DNA from: Actinomycetales bacterium
Lineage (GTDB): Bacteria > Actinomycetota > Actinomycetes > Actinomycetales > Microbacteriaceae
Direction: 5' to 3'
NCBI GenBank assembly: GCA_015654475.1
Contig: JAATGV010000041.1
Location: forward strand, 26,452-90,451
DNA: 64,000 nucleotides
Numbering within the stretch: the first letter of the stretch is position 1; every line of letters starts with the position of its first letter. The position numbers and the translations under genes are program-made. The notes under the pieces are model-generated. The model was not told where the DNA came from, searched no databases, and saw only the letters and a list, made by a program, of their open reading frames with translations. Below, piece by piece: positions 46,373 through 57,530 of this stretch.

Positions 46373-48514
46373 TCATTCCTCGCACGTCCGCTCGCACCAC
46401 ATCCGAAGGTCGTCGGGGTTCATCGAGACGATAAGCGTGCCACTCAGATCGGTTCTTGCAACTCTGCTGCCGGATGCGGCAAGCTCGGCCAGTACCTCCT
46501 GACGTGGATGCCGATACGGGTTGTTCGCGCCGACACTCACCAGTGCAACCGGCGTAGCAACCTGCTCGTAGAGTGCGCGCGAAAAGTCTGCAGACCCGTG
46601 GTGCGCGACCTTGAGAACGTCGAACTCGCCCGGCCGAACGTCAGCGATGAGCCGGTTCTGAACGTCTTCCCCGGTGTCGCACAATGTCAAAGTGGTCACA
46701 CCTCCCGCATCGATAGCCAACACAAGGCACCCGTCGTTGTCTTCGCCGTCAAAACCCGCCGGTGGCCACAAAGCATCCGCGACTAGTCCGGGGAGAACAA
46801 TTCTGTCGCCACGAGCCGCAACCGAAATCGGCAGCCCGATAGCGGCAAACGCGTCGTAGCTTCCGGTTCCCGGCGAAAGGCGCGACGACACGACCATGTC
46901 CGGGCGCAACTGAGTGGCGACCTCCGCCGCACCGCCCGCGTGATCCGAATCCCAATGGGTGATGACCATGACATCGATCTGAGTGACGCCAATCCTGCTC
47001 AGGCAGTCGAGCATCACGGTGCCGTCAGCGCCGGCGTCGACTACGACAACCGATTCCCCCGCGCGAAATACCAACCCGTCGCCCTGGCCAACGTCACAGG
47101 CGGCCACGCTCCATTGGCGCGGCATCGTCGCATCCACTCCGATGCGTGAGCCAATGACGCTACCGGCAACGACAACTGTGAGTACGACAGCCAGAGCGGT
47201 AATGACGCGACGGCGCGAACGCCACATGGCAGCAGCGGCACCGAGCAGAGCAACGACCGCCGCAAGGACGGCCCCTGCTGTTCCACTCGGCCAGGCGAGC
47301 ACGAGCACAGGATTGTCGGCAAAAAACCGAGCGACAAGACTCACCCACTCGGTGAACGGCCACGCGGCAAGGCTCAGCGCGGTCGCTACGGGCGGCAAAA
47401 TCAGCACGACAAGGCAGGCCAACAGCCCAAGAACCGTGACGACTCCTGTAACCGGAGCAACGATCACATTGGCCACGATCGATCCCACAGACACACCTGA
47501 TCCGAGCACGACGAGCAGTGGCAGACACGCGAGTTGCGCTGCGACCGGCAGTGCCACGAGCTGGGCGAGCCACGAAGGCAACCACCGGTCGAGCCCGTCC
47601 CCAATGGGTCTTGCCAACACGACGAGACCAGCAGTCGCAGATACCGACAGCCCAAACCCGATATCGATGCTCAGTGCCGGGTCGATCAGCAACAGCAGGC
47701 ACACCGTTGCTGCCAGAACCGATACTCCGCCCGCGGCCAAACCGGCGAGGCGTGCCACGAGCACGAGACACAACATCACACTCGCCCGCAATACGGTGGA
47801 TTCAGCCCCCACAAGCAGCACGAATCCGCACAAAGCGACCATTCCGGACACGATGCGAGCGTTTCTTCGCCATCCGACAAGCGTTGCGACAGCCACCCCC
47901 ATCGCAACCCCGACAGCACAGTTCGCCCCAGACACCGCCGTGATGTGCCCGAGCGAAGAGGCCATCATGGCATCATCGAGCGCGGGCGAGATCGCGCTGG
48001 TGTCGCCGACTGACATGCCGGCGATCAGCCCTGGTCCGTCTCCACCCAAGGTGGCAACGAGGTCGGCAAGAGCCGCTTTCGGCTCCGTTGCGCCGCCGCC
48101 GATGAGCCACTGCAGAATCGAAGCACCGTCGCCGGAAGACACACGGTCTGCGGATGCCTTCTGTGAGCCTGCACCGTTGCCTGCAGACGCTATTCCCAGG
48201 CGCACGAGCATCCCCGCAGCCGCAAGGGTTGTGAACGACATCACGTCGATCACAACCCCGATTCGAGCACTTCGAACCCGGTTGTGCTCGTTTCGCAACT
48301 CCGCCGCCCGCACCAACCACCGCGATAGCCCGCCTAGCGCCACTACGCCGACCACGCCGATAGCGACTTCGAGCGGTCGCACGGCAGGAATGGCGACACC
48401 AAATTCGTCGCTAAATCGAATTGCCGCAATCGTCCACACAACCGTAGTGGCCGGCACGAGACGTAGGTCGTGCCTTCGTGACAGATACCGATCCCGCATC
48501 GACATTATTGCCAC
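46373..48514 (-). CDS. comEC: ComEC/Rec2 family DNA internalization protein with a C-terminal metallo-beta-lactamase domain
   Basis: 713 aa polytopic membrane region followed by CDVGQGDG and HWDSDH motifs. The start is ambiguous: GTG 48514, ATG 48505 or ATG 48499. Confidence 0.85.
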   Translation of the reverse strand: MAIMSMRDRYLSRRHDLRLVPATTVVWTIAAIRFSDEFGVAIPAVRPLEVAIGVVGVVALGGLSRWLVRAAELRNEHNRVRSARIGVVIDVMSFTTLAAAGMLVRLGIASAGNGAGSQKASADRVSSGDGASILQWLIGGGATEPKAALADLVATLGGDGPGLIAGMSVGDTSAISPALDDAMMASSLGHITAVSGANCAVGVAMGVAVATLVGWRRNARIVSGMVALCGFVLLVGAESTVLRASVMLCLVLVARLAGLAAGGVSVLAATVCLLLLIDPALSIDIGFGLSVSATAGLVVLARPIGDGLDRWLPSWLAQLVALPVAAQLACLPLLVVLGSGVSVGSIVANVIVAPVTGVVTVLGLLACLVVLILPPVATALSLAAWPFTEWVSLVARFFADNPVLVLAWPSGTAGAVLAAVVALLGAAAAMWRSRRRVITALAVVLTVVVAGSVIGSRIGVDATMPRQWSVAACDVGQGDGLVFRAGESVVVVDAGADGTVMLDCLSRIGVTQIDVMVITHWDSDHAGGAAEVATQLRPDMVVSSRLSPGTGSYDAFAAIGLPISVAARGDRIVLPGLVADALWPPAGFDGEDNDGCLVLAIDAGGVTTLTLCDTGEDVQNRLIADVRPGEFDVLKVAHHGSADFSRALYEQVATPVALVSVGANNPYRHPRQEVLAELAASGSRVARTDLSGTLIVSMNPDDLRMWCERTCEE

Positions 48515-48537
48515 ACCGCACCCTTGGCTGCAATCAG

Positions 48538-49248
48538 TTACACGGCGACCAGCGGTTTGAGAACCTCGAAGGTCTTGTCTCCGATGCCTGAGACGTTGCG
48601 CAGCTCATCGATGCTGCGGAACCCACCCGTTTCGGTGCGATAGTCGACGATGCGTTGCGCCATGGCCGGGCCAACCTTCGGAAGTGTTTCCAGTTGGCTG
48701 ATGGATGCTGTGTTGAGGTTTACGATCGGCGATTCGGTTTGGCCGGCTTCGGCAGGAACGGGATCACCTTTGACCGGAACACGAATCTGTTCACCGTCGA
48801 CGAGAAGTCGTGCCATGTTAAGTAAGGTGGTGTCGCCCTTCGCCGCCACTCCCCCGGCGGCCGTGACTCCATCAGCGACTCTGCTGCCTTTGGGCACTTC
48901 GTACAGCCCAGGCGACTTGACTGCCCCGACCATATGCACGGTCACCACGTCTGAGACCGCAGCCAGCGGAGACGATTGACCGCCCGACGATGCGAGTATG
49001 AGAGCCGAATGAGCGCCATCTCCCGTCTCCGAGGCAGCGCCAGCTGTAGCCCACTGCCCACTCGTACCGCACGCACTCAACACCGTCGTGGCCGCAAGCA
49101 ACGCGAGAAGCCCCGACACGAGGACTCCGAGGGAGATTCGCCGCACCGGCCGCGCAGGCGGGGCCGCTGTGACCACGAATGATGCGGCATCCGCGGTGAC
49201 ATGTGCGGGGCTATTTAGCGGAGGGCGGTAGCGAGGGTGGTGACGCAT
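48538..49248 (-). CDS. comEA: ComEA-family DNA-binding protein (SLBB + helix-hairpin-helix)
   Basis: The C-terminus reads VNLNTASISQLETLPKVGPAMAQRIVDYRTETGGFRSIDELRNVSGIG. Confidence 0.9.
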   Translation of the reverse strand: MRHHPRYRPPLNSPAHVTADAASFVVTAAPPARPVRRISLGVLVSGLLALLAATTVLSACGTSGQWATAGAASETGDGAHSALILASSGGQSSPLAAVSDVVTVHMVGAVKSPGLYEVPKGSRVADGVTAAGGVAAKGDTTLLNMARLLVDGEQIRVPVKGDPVPAEAGQTESPIVNLNTASISQLETLPKVGPAMAQRIVDYRTETGGFRSIDELRNVSGIGDKTFEVLKPLVAV

Positions 49249-49358
49249 GTTTCAGAGGCTAGCCGCCGACATGCGGCCGCACTCGAACAATCGCAACCGA
49301 CAAGAATAACTCGCCCGGACATCACCGGTGTGAGTGCATGTCGAACAGCTACTCCGGC

Positions 49359-51866
49359 CTACACCCCGACAACGATGTTGACCAGTTTCGGCGCGCGCAC
49401 TACGACGGTCTTCACCGCCGCATCACCGACCGCTTTGACCGCACCAGCAGACGCGAGCGCCAGCTGAGTGAGTTCATCGTCTCCGATCTGCGGAGACACC
49501 GTGAGGCGGTCGCGCACCTTGCCATTGACCTGAACCACGCAAGTGACCGATTCCTCCACAAGCAGAGTGTGGTCTGGCTTGCGCAACCCCGCCCGAGCCA
49601 CCGACGGCTCATACCCGAGCATGCTCCACATGTCCTCCGCCGTATACGGCGCAAACAAGCTCAGAATGATGGCAACCGTCTCTGTTGCCTCACGAACGGC
49701 GGGATCGGCCGCACCGGCACCCTGGTCGATCACCCGACGCACCTGGTTGACAAGCTCCATCAGCCGGGCGATGACGACATTGAATTTGAATGACTCCACG
49801 AGGCCGGGCACGTCGGCAAGCAGCCTATGCGTGCTTCGCCGCAACTTCTCGTCTCCGTTGGCCCAGATGACATCAGGGGAACTAGAAACATCGCGCGCAA
49901 GACGCCATGCGCGGGCGAGGAATTTCGCCGAACCAGCCGGAGAGACATCCTTCCAATCGATGTCATCCTCGGGAGGACCGGCGAAGGCCATCGTCAGACG
50001 AATCGCGTCAACACCAAACTCATCCAATTCGTCGGACAGCCGCACCAGGTTTACTCGTGACTTGGACATGGCCGACCCATCCATCTGGACCATGCCCTGA
50101 TTCAGCAACGCGCTGAACGGCTCAGTGAAGGTGACAAGACCCATGTCGAAGAGAACCTTGGTCACGAAACGCGAATACAGCAGATGCAAGATCGCATGAG
50201 TCACCCCGCCGACATACTGGTCTATCGGGGCCCACTTCTCTGCCTCAGCCACGTCGAACGCAGCCTCTGAGTTGTGCGGCGAAACGAAACGCAGGTAGTA
50301 CCACGACGAATCGACGAACGTATACATCGTGTCAGTGTCGCGCTTGGCAGGGGCGCCACATCGCGGGCACGGCACGTTGACCCAATCGGCGACAGAGCCG
50401 AGCGGGCTCGTCCCCTTCGGCTGCAATTCCGCACCAGACATCTCGGGCAACTCCACCGGCAGCTGATCAGCAGGCACCGGCACCTCGCCGCACGCCTCAC
50501 AATGGATGATCGGGATCGGGGTGCCCCAATATCGTTGCCGGGAAACGAGCCAATCACGCAGACGGAAGTTCTTCGCCGCCGAGCCGAGCCCATCCTTCTC
50601 AAGCTGGGCAATGACCAGCGGGATCGCCTCCGCCTTCGTGTGCCCGTTCAGGGCACCAGAGTTGATCAGACGACCATCGCCTGCCGCAGCGATGCCGCTG
50701 TCGGCTGGGTCGGGCAGTCCGGTCTCAAGCACTACACGCACGGGAAGATCGAAGGCGAGCGCAAAATCGAGGTCGCGCTGGTCGTGTGCGGGCACGGCCA
50801 TGATGGCACCGTGACCGTACTCCGCGAGAACATAGTCTGCCGCCCAGATAGGCAGACGCTCGCCGTTGACCGGGTTTACCGCATAGGCGCCGAGGAACAC
50901 GCCCGTCTTCTTGTGGTCGGTTGACTGCCGCTCGATCTCGGTAGACGCCTTGACCACGTCGAGATACTCGCTGAATTGCTGCTGCACCTCAGCGCTGCCA
51001 GCGTTCGCGAGTTCTTGGGCCAAGTCTGAGTCTGGAGCAACCACCATGAAGGTTGCGCCATAAAGGGTGTCTGGCCGGGTCGTGTACACGGTGACCGGCT
51101 CTTCGCGCCCCTCAATGACGAACTGCACATCAGCGCCAACCGATCGTCCGATCCAGTTGCGTTGCATGGTCAACACCTTGGCGGGCCACGTACCCTCCAG
51201 CTGGTTGAGATCATCCAACAGCCGGTCAGCATATTTCGTGATACCGAAGTACCACTGAGTCAGCTTCTTCTTCGTGACAGGTGTATCGCAGCGCTCGCAC
51301 AGGCCGTTGACGACCTGCTCGTTGGCGAGCACCGTCTGGTCTTTGGGGCACCAGTTCACCCATGAACCCTTGCGGTAGGCGAGCCCACGCTGAAAAAGCT
51401 CAATGAACAGCCACTGATTCCAGCGGTAATACTCCGGGTCGCACGTGCGAAGAACGCGGTCCCAGTCGAATGAACAGGCATAGCGTCGCATCGACGCGCG
51501 CTGCTGCTCAATGTTCTCGTATGTCCAGTCTCGGGGATTCAGCCCGCGCTTGATGGCTGCATTCTCTGCGGGTAGCCCGAATGCGTCCCAGCCAATCGGA
51601 TGCATCACGTTGAAGCCCGATTGCACCCAGTAACGCGCAATCACATCGCCGAGAGCGTACGCCTCCGCGTGGCCCATGTGGAGGTCGCCCGATGGATACG
51701 GGAACATGTCGAGTACGTATTTGCGTGGCCTGGTGTCGTCAGGGTTGGATGAGGCAAATGGACGCAGTTCGTCCCACACCGGCAACCAGGTGTCTTGGAT
51801 GCTCCGGAAATCGTAACCATTTTCGGTCTCGCCTTGGTTCGTGGCTTGGCTCACGTCGCTGTCCAT
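49359..51866 (-). CDS. leuS: leucine--tRNA ligase
   Basis: [13 protein letters not shown] (HIGH-type) and the KMSKS variant SAMSKS. Start at ATG 51866 or TTG 51908. Confidence 0.95.
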   Translation of the reverse strand: MDSDVSQATNQGETENGYDFRSIQDTWLPVWDELRPFASSNPDDTRPRKYVLDMFPYPSGDLHMGHAEAYALGDVIARYWVQSGFNVMHPIGWDAFGLPAENAAIKRGLNPRDWTYENIEQQRASMRRYACSFDWDRVLRTCDPEYYRWNQWLFIELFQRGLAYRKGSWVNWCPKDQTVLANEQVVNGLCERCDTPVTKKKLTQWYFGITKYADRLLDDLNQLEGTWPAKVLTMQRNWIGRSVGADVQFVIEGREEPVTVYTTRPDTLYGATFMVVAPDSDLAQELANAGSAEVQQQFSEYLDVVKASTEIERQSTDHKKTGVFLGAYAVNPVNGERLPIWAADYVLAEYGHGAIMAVPAHDQRDLDFALAFDLPVRVVLETGLPDPADSGIAAAGDGRLINSGALNGHTKAEAIPLVIAQLEKDGLGSAAKNFRLRDWLVSRQRYWGTPIPIIHCEACGEVPVPADQLPVELPEMSGAELQPKGTSPLGSVADWVNVPCPRCGAPAKRDTDTMYTFVDSSWYYLRFVSPHNSEAAFDVAEAEKWAPIDQYVGGVTHAILHLLYSRFVTKVLFDMGLVTFTEPFSALLNQGMVQMDGSAMSKSRVNLVRLSDELDEFGVDAIRLTMAFAGPPEDDIDWKDVSPAGSAKFLARAWRLARDVSSSPDVIWANGDEKLRRSTHRLLADVPGLVESFKFNVVIARLMELVNQVRRVIDQGAGAADPAVREATETVAIILSLFAPYTAEDMWSMLGYEPSVARAGLRKPDHTLLVEESVTCVVQVNGKVRDRLTVSPQIGDDELTQLALASAGAVKAVGDAAVKTVVVRAPKLVNIVVGV

Positions 51867-52062
51867 CTCAAATCGGCTTTCGGTGAAGGCGACCCAATTC
51901 GTCGCCAACTACCAAGGATACCCGGTCACGCCTGCACCGTGCCCGACTGCATGGGCACCTGGCACCGCTCGACGGGCATGTGAGCACACCGATTCGCGCT
52001 CGCCCGGAAAAGCACGCATGCTAGAGATGCGGAAGCATGCTGCTGGGGAGAGGAGGGCTTTC

Positions 52063-52905
52063 ATGCATGAGGCGACGGTATATCGTTGGGATGGCGAGCG
52101 CCTCGCGTTGTCGCGGCCGACAACGTCGTCCATCGATGGCAGGCTCCGGGTCGCCGAATCGTGGCTTGTCACGAACGGCATCGTGCGGTCATTGCTTCTG
52201 CACTACCGGCGCTTCCAAAAATCGGCGTCGAGTGTTCCCGGCTCTCCGCCTATGTGGGATTTTCTGACCGCAGTCACGAGGCGACTCCCCCGCGTCGGTG
52301 ACTGGTTTCCCCGCATCGAATACATCCAGGGTTACCGCGGCGAACATATCCTGCAAATGCGACTTCGCACGGCACCGGCGCTCAGTTCGACTGCGCGACT
52401 CGTCACACACCCCATCCCCGACCCGCGGATAGCTCCGTCAACGCTCGGCCCAGACCTGGCAATGCTCCTTCAGCTTGGGCGTCAGGCAAACATGTATGGG
52501 GCAGACGAATCGGTGCTGCTGGACGAGGCCGGCCGGGTGCTCTCAACCACCTTCAACGCCATTGCCTGGTGGGAAAACGAGACGCTCTGCCTTCCCCCAG
52601 AGCACTCCCACGTCTTCCCATCGATCGCACGGGAACAGGTCATCCTTATCGCCGAGGCGTCTGGTGTCTCGGTCAAATACGAATGGACAACGCCTGAACA
52701 GCTCGCAGACAAGGAAGTGTGGCTACTCGGTGAGTTGCACGGAATTCGATCAGTCACCTCATGGCTTCACGGCCAAACCGAATTCGTATATCCGGCTTCG
52801 CAGCGCGCGCGGCTCTGGCGGAGGCGGCTCGACCAATTCGCTCTGCCGCTGCCAGTGTCCGCAAATTCCGCGACCGACGAACACACAACCCAGCACACAA
52901 CGTAA
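52063..52905 (+). CDS. class IV aminotransferase-fold family protein (ADC-lyase-like), function unknown
   Basis: Start at ATG 52063 behind GGAGAGGAGGG. The C-terminal half LLDEAGRVLSTTFNAIAWWENETLCLPP...FPSIAREQVILIAE...EVWLLGELHGIRSV fits the fold-type IV pattern. Confidence 0.5.
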   Translation: MHEATVYRWDGERLALSRPTTSSIDGRLRVAESWLVTNGIVRSLLLHYRRFQKSASSVPGSPPMWDFLTAVTRRLPRVGDWFPRIEYIQGYRGEHILQMRLRTAPALSSTARLVTHPIPDPRIAPSTLGPDLAMLLQLGRQANMYGADESVLLDEAGRVLSTTFNAIAWWENETLCLPPEHSHVFPSIAREQVILIAEASGVSVKYEWTTPEQLADKEVWLLGELHGIRSVTSWLHGQTEFVYPASQRARLWRRRLDQFALPLPVSANSATDEHTTQHTT

Positions 52906-53027
52906 CCGGCGAACACACAATGTAACCGGCCAGTGCACAACATAGACGTGACCCCAGTCGGCTTTCACCGCCAAGGCCTTAGCAGCCGCCGCAGCCAGCC
53001 CTCAAGACGACAGCGCCACTGCATTCG

Positions 53028-54761
53028 TCACTCAAGACGAATGTGCTCATCGACAAGCTCAGCGGGCACCTCGTCGTGACTCATCATGATCACCGCAGGC
53101 CGGTCCGGGCCACCATCGGTTGCAGCCAGCAGGTCACGCATCAGTTCGACACGCAGTTCTGGATCCACATTCGCAGTCGGCTCGTCGAAAACGATCACAG
53201 GAAAACCGCCGAGCAACGCACGGGCGAGGGCAAGGCGCTGTACTTGCCCGCCACTGAGCAAGGCCCCGTTTTCGCCGACAATAGTATCGAGCCCCGCGCG
53301 GTGGGCAATCAGATCGTTCAGCCCAACGCGCTCCAACATCGCCGTCATGACCGTGTCCGATGCCGATGGATCGGCCAAATGCAGGTTAGCTCTGATAGTT
53401 CCGGCAAACACGTGAGGCTGCTGTTCGCATAGGCCGATGAGTTGACGCACGCTTTCGTCGCTCCAGTTCGAGGCATTACGCCCGTTGATCTCAACAGTTC
53501 CATCCCGCAGCGGGAGAAAACGGACGAGGCCCCACGCAAGCGTGCTCTTGCCCGATCCACTCGCCCCAGTGACCAAGATTCGCTTACCCGGCCCAAGCTC
53601 AAGGCTGAGATCGTGGATAGTCGGCGCGCTCGGGTTCCAGCCGAACGAGACGCTGTCGAGACGAAGTGACGTGAACTGCGGATGCTCAGGTCTGGCAGTA
53701 TCTGGGGCGGCATCTGCTTCGGCCGGAGTCTCGTAGAAAAGGGCGTCCGCATCACTCTCGGCTAACTGATCGGCCACCACGTTGATGTCAGGCGCAAGCT
53801 CCTCAATGCGTGCCGCACTGGAGCGCACCTTGCTGAAAGCCAAAACCGCCTTCGGCGTTGTCTCGAACACCTCAAAAACCGCCATGGGGACGAGAACGAT
53901 CATTGCCATGAGCGGCCCCGAAAGCTGACCCGCAAAAACCGAGGGGCCAGACACCAAGAACGTGCCGATCACGGCGGCGCCGGTCAGCAGAACGATAATC
54001 GCGGCCGACAGCCCGTCTCCCCAGACCACGCGCGTCGAGTTGCTGAACAAGACTTTGTCCGCCTGTTCAAGACGCGCCCTTTCTGATTCGAGCGCGTCAA
54101 ACGCGGTCAGGACGTCGACGTTGTGCAGGTATTGCGTCGTGAGGTCGAATTGACGCCCGCGGGCAGGAGCGACAGCGGCAGCCGAGCGGGAGGCGAGCCG
54201 CGCAGGCAGAACGGCCGCACCAATGGCTGCAACCACCAGGCAAGCGAGTAAAACGAGTGCCGCAGGCACTGATACGAAAGCGACGCCGAGCACGCTGAGC
54301 GAACACACGATTGCCGAAACGATGATCGGGTGCCATACCCGCAAAGGCAGATTCTGCAGTTCGTCGACATCGGCTACGAGACGCGAAACCGTGTCGCCCC
54401 GCGCCCGGCCAATGAGGTTGGCTGGCGCGCCCGGAACCAGGGATGCGAACACCGCCGTACGCAACTTGCCCAACATCCGGAAGGCCGCCTCGTGGCTGGA
54501 GATACGCTCGAGGTATCGGAAGAAGGCCCGCCCGAGTGCGAATGCCCGCACTCCGACGATGGGGATCTGCAGAAAGAGGATGGGCGGCATCAGGCTGGCG
54601 GCGGCGATGAGGTATGAGCTGGTAGCGAGCAAGCCGACTGCGCATAGTGCGCTCAATCCGCCAAACGAGATTCCGATCCAGAAACCTCGAGGTTCCGGCA
54701 TCGCGACCCGAAGAACCGGGCCGCCGAGCCGCTCCGACAGCGCGGCAAGTCGACTACGCAT
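53028..54761 (-). CDS. cydC: thiol reductant ABC exporter subunit CydC
   Basis: Six-TM domain plus an NBD with Walker A GASGSGKST, signature LSGGQVQR and Walker B VIVFDEPT. Start at ATG 54761 overlaps the cydD stop by 8 nt. Confidence 0.85.
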   Translation of the reverse strand: MRSRLAALSERLGGPVLRVAMPEPRGFWIGISFGGLSALCAVGLLATSSYLIAAASLMPPILFLQIPIVGVRAFALGRAFFRYLERISSHEAAFRMLGKLRTAVFASLVPGAPANLIGRARGDTVSRLVADVDELQNLPLRVWHPIIVSAIVCSLSVLGVAFVSVPAALVLLACLVVAAIGAAVLPARLASRSAAAVAPARGRQFDLTTQYLHNVDVLTAFDALESERARLEQADKVLFSNSTRVVWGDGLSAAIIVLLTGAAVIGTFLVSGPSVFAGQLSGPLMAMIVLVPMAVFEVFETTPKAVLAFSKVRSSAARIEELAPDINVVADQLAESDADALFYETPAEADAAPDTARPEHPQFTSLRLDSVSFGWNPSAPTIHDLSLELGPGKRILVTGASGSGKSTLAWGLVRFLPLRDGTVEINGRNASNWSDESVRQLIGLCEQQPHVFAGTIRANLHLADPSASDTVMTAMLERVGLNDLIAHRAGLDTIVGENGALLSGGQVQRLALARALLGGFPVIVFDEPTANVDPELRVELMRDLLAATDGGPDRPAVIMMSHDEVPAELVDEHIRLE

Positions 54762-56319
54762 CTGCACGCCCCGCTTCCACGCCGTTCTCGATTCGCACAA
54801 CCTGATCGGCTGCGCTCATCACTCGATCGCGGTGCGAGATGACAACGACAGTCTTCCCGGCATCCGCAAGCTCACGCCATCCCCGCACAACGGATTCTTC
54901 ACTCACCGAGTCGAGCGCGGAACTCGGCTCGTCAAGCAGCAGCACCGGCAGATCGTGGGCCAAAAGTCGATAATACGCACGGGCGAGAGCCACCCGCTGG
55001 GCTTGCCCGCCGCTCAGCCCTTCGCCGCCCGGTTCAAGAAGTGTGGACGGATCCTGGTCGCTTGCAGCCAGTCTGAGTGCGGCAGACGTGATCTCCGGGT
55101 CTTCGTGATCATCACCGAGATGAAGGTTCTCAGCGACGGTTCCGTCTCGAAGCGATGGCCTCTGGCCGGCCCAAGAGGAGAACGATCGCGACCAGGGCAG
55201 CGCACCCTCGCGGGTTGATGTGCCGAGCGTGATCTGGCCGTCGTAGTCGACAAAGCCGAGCAACGCCGAGAAGATAGTGCTCTTGCCCGCGCCACTCGGC
55301 CCGGCGATAACCGTGATGGTTCCTGCCTTTGCGACGAAAGTCACCCCGGCGACTGCTGGCCGATCTGCCTCGGGATAGCTGACGCCGAGTCCGGCAACGC
55401 GCAAGTCGGCGTGCGACAGCGTGGTGGATGCATTTGCCGCCCGCGCTGGTGCACCCTGCGCGGCAGCGGCATCCAGAATTTCAAAGACGTCGTTTGCCGC
55501 GACGACACCCTCGGCGGCTGCGTGGTAGTTGGCCCCGACCTGACGAAGGGGCAGAAAAGCCTCGGGAGTGATCAGCAACACGAAAAGCCCTGTCGTCAGA
55601 TCGAGTTCCCCAGCGATCAGCCGGGTTCCGATGAGAACGGCAACAATGGCCACAGCAAGCGTCGCGCCAAGCTCAAGCACGAAACCCGACATGAATGAGA
55701 CGCGGAGCACCTTCATGGTTCGAGTGCGGTACTCGGTCGTGACGTCGCGAATCACCGTGATCTGTCGCTTTTCTCTTCCGAATATCTTCAGGGTAGAGAG
55801 CCCCTGAATGACGTCGAGAAAATGCCCGGACAAGACCGTCAGCGCACTCCACTGCCGTTTCTGCACGTCTTGAGTGAAGAAACCGATCAAAACCATGAAG
55901 AACGGGATCACAGGCATGGTGATAATGACTGCGAGAGCTGACACCCAGTCCTGCACGAGGATGATAATGACAAAAACCGGCGTCGCTATGGCGGTGAGCA
56001 CCAGTTGAGGCAAGTATGCGGAAAAGTATGAGTCGAGCGCGTCAAGGCCATGCGTTGCGGTAGTCGCCAAGGATGCGCTGGATCGGCGTTCCACCCATCC
56101 CGGCCCGAGCGTCGCGACGGCATCGGTGACCTTCGCGCGCAACTGGCTCTTGGTTCGAGTCGCTGCTATTGAGGCGAAAACATCCGATGCCCACACCGCG
56201 GCGGCACGCACGAGCACCGATATGGCGGCGGCGGCAAGAAAGGGCGCAACCTCAGCGACCGTCTGGCCGCCGAGGAACACCCCGACGATTCCCCTCGTCA
56301 CGAACCAGGAGAACGCCAC
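54754..56319 (-). CDS. cydD: thiol reductant ABC exporter subunit CydD (5' end unresolved; conserved coding sequence continues to about 56418)
   Basis: NBD with GPSGAGKST, LSGGQAQR and LLLDEPS. The first canonical in-frame start, GTG 56319, would remove the conserved N-terminus KPLDPRLLRYASAARWFLAAQVATGAARILSI, which is encoded in frame upstream. Confidence 0.8.
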   Translation of the reverse strand: MAFSWFVTRGIVGVFLGGQTVAEVAPFLAAAAISVLVRAAAVWASDVFASIAATRTKSQLRAKVTDAVATLGPGWVERRSSASLATTATHGLDALDSYFSAYLPQLVLTAIATPVFVIIILVQDWVSALAVIITMPVIPFFMVLIGFFTQDVQKRQWSALTVLSGHFLDVIQGLSTLKIFGREKRQITVIRDVTTEYRTRTMKVLRVSFMSGFVLELGATLAVAIVAVLIGTRLIAGELDLTTGLFVLLITPEAFLPLRQVGANYHAAAEGVVAANDVFEILDAAAAQGAPARAANASTTLSHADLRVAGLGVSYPEADRPAVAGVTFVAKAGTITVIAGPSGAGKSTIFSALLGFVDYDGQITLGTSTREGALPWSRSFSSWAGQRPSLRDGTVAENLHLGDDHEDPEITSAALRLAASDQDPSTLLEPGGEGLSGGQAQRVALARAYYRLLAHDLPVLLLDEPSSALDSVSEESVVRGWRELADAGKTVVVISHRDRVMSAADQVVRIENGVEAGRADA

Positions 56320-56438
56320 GATACTCAGTATCCGTGCTGCTCCGGTCGCTACCTGCGCTGCGAGGAACCAGCGTGCTGCACTCGCGTAACGCAGGAGGCG
56401 AGGATCCAGCGGTTTGATCTTTTCATCCTACCGCTGAG

Positions 56439-57518
56439 TCAGTGCGCTGCTGCCGAAGCAGCGCCTTTTTCGATCGATTCACGGGTGACTCGCTTGCGGA
56501 ACACCCAGAACGTCCATGCCTGGTAGCACAGAACGATCGGGAGCGAAATCGCGGCGATCCAGAGCATGAACTGCATTGTGGGAAGAGTGCTCCCAGCGTT
56601 CGTCAACGACATGCTGTTGTGGAGGACCTCCTCAGGGGTTGCCCCGATGGTCGACGGCATCACCATCGGCTCCGAGTAAGACGTAAGCAGAACCATCCAG
56701 AGGGCAAGAACCGCAAATACGACTGTCACAATGCCGCCGACAAACGCCCAGCCGTCTCGCTGGATGTAGTTGAAGTACACCGCACTGATCAGCGCAACCG
56801 CGGCGATCAACGCGCAGAGCAACACAAGAATCGAAAAGTGCGCAATGACGGTCCAGGCCAAGAAACTTGCCGCAACGACAATCGTCGCGATACCCGACTT
56901 CAGCGCCAACTTATGCGCATCGGCCTTGACCTGTCCATCGGTCTTCAACGCCACATAGTGCACGCCATGAGTGAAGAACAGCAGCAGAGTCGTCAAGCCC
57001 CCGAGCAAACCGTATGGGGTGAGCAAGCTGATCAACGGGACGCCCGTGTACTGGAATCCCTCGATCGAATCGGTATTGACGATAGGCAAGCCATTGACCA
57101 TATTGGCCACGGCGACACCCCACAGCAGTGCTGGTACAGCCGAACCAATGACGATCATCCAGTCGAAGGCGTTAGTCCACTTGGCGCCCTTGCCCTGGTG
57201 GCGATACTCGAATGAGACCCCGCGTGCGATCAGCGCGATCAAGATCACGAACAGTGCGAGGTATGCGCCGCTTAACAAGGTGGCGTACCACTCGGGGAAA
57301 CCGGCGAACAGGCACGCCCCTGCAACGATGAGCCAGGTCTCGTTCATGTCCCATACCGAGCCGATGGTATTGATGATCTGCCGACGACCGACATCGTCTT
57401 TACCAAGGAAGGGAATGCTCATCCCAACTCCGAAATCGAAACCATCGAGCACGAAGTATCCGACGAATAGCACCCCGACGATGAGAAACCAGACAATGTG
57501 AAGAGTATTGAGATCCAT
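56439..57518 (-). CDS. cydB: cytochrome d ubiquinol oxidase subunit II
   Basis: MDLNTLHIVWFLIVGVLFVGYFVLDGFDFGVGM. Start at ATG 57518, with an AAGGAG RBS 9 nt upstream. Confidence 0.95.
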   Translation of the reverse strand: MDLNTLHIVWFLIVGVLFVGYFVLDGFDFGVGMSIPFLGKDDVGRRQIINTIGSVWDMNETWLIVAGACLFAGFPEWYATLLSGAYLALFVILIALIARGVSFEYRHQGKGAKWTNAFDWMIVIGSAVPALLWGVAVANMVNGLPIVNTDSIEGFQYTGVPLISLLTPYGLLGGLTTLLLFFTHGVHYVALKTDGQVKADAHKLALKSGIATIVVAASFLAWTVIAHFSILVLLCALIAAVALISAVYFNYIQRDGWAFVGGIVTVVFAVLALWMVLLTSYSEPMVMPSTIGATPEEVLHNSMSLTNAGSTLPTMQFMLWIAAISLPIVLCYQAWTFWVFRKRVTRESIEKGAASAAAH

Positions 57519-57530
57519 AGTCACAGCTCC

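Noticed and set aside
46983-48560. 525 aa plus-strand ORF, and similar long ORFs at 4423..5580, 26951..28132, 54223..55218 and 61489..62538
   Set aside because: All are antisense to well-supported genes (comEC, glyQS, phoH/HIT/rsmE, cydC/cydD, pta). Their Ser/Thr/Ala/Arg/Pro-rich composition is typical of the wrong frame in GC-rich DNA.
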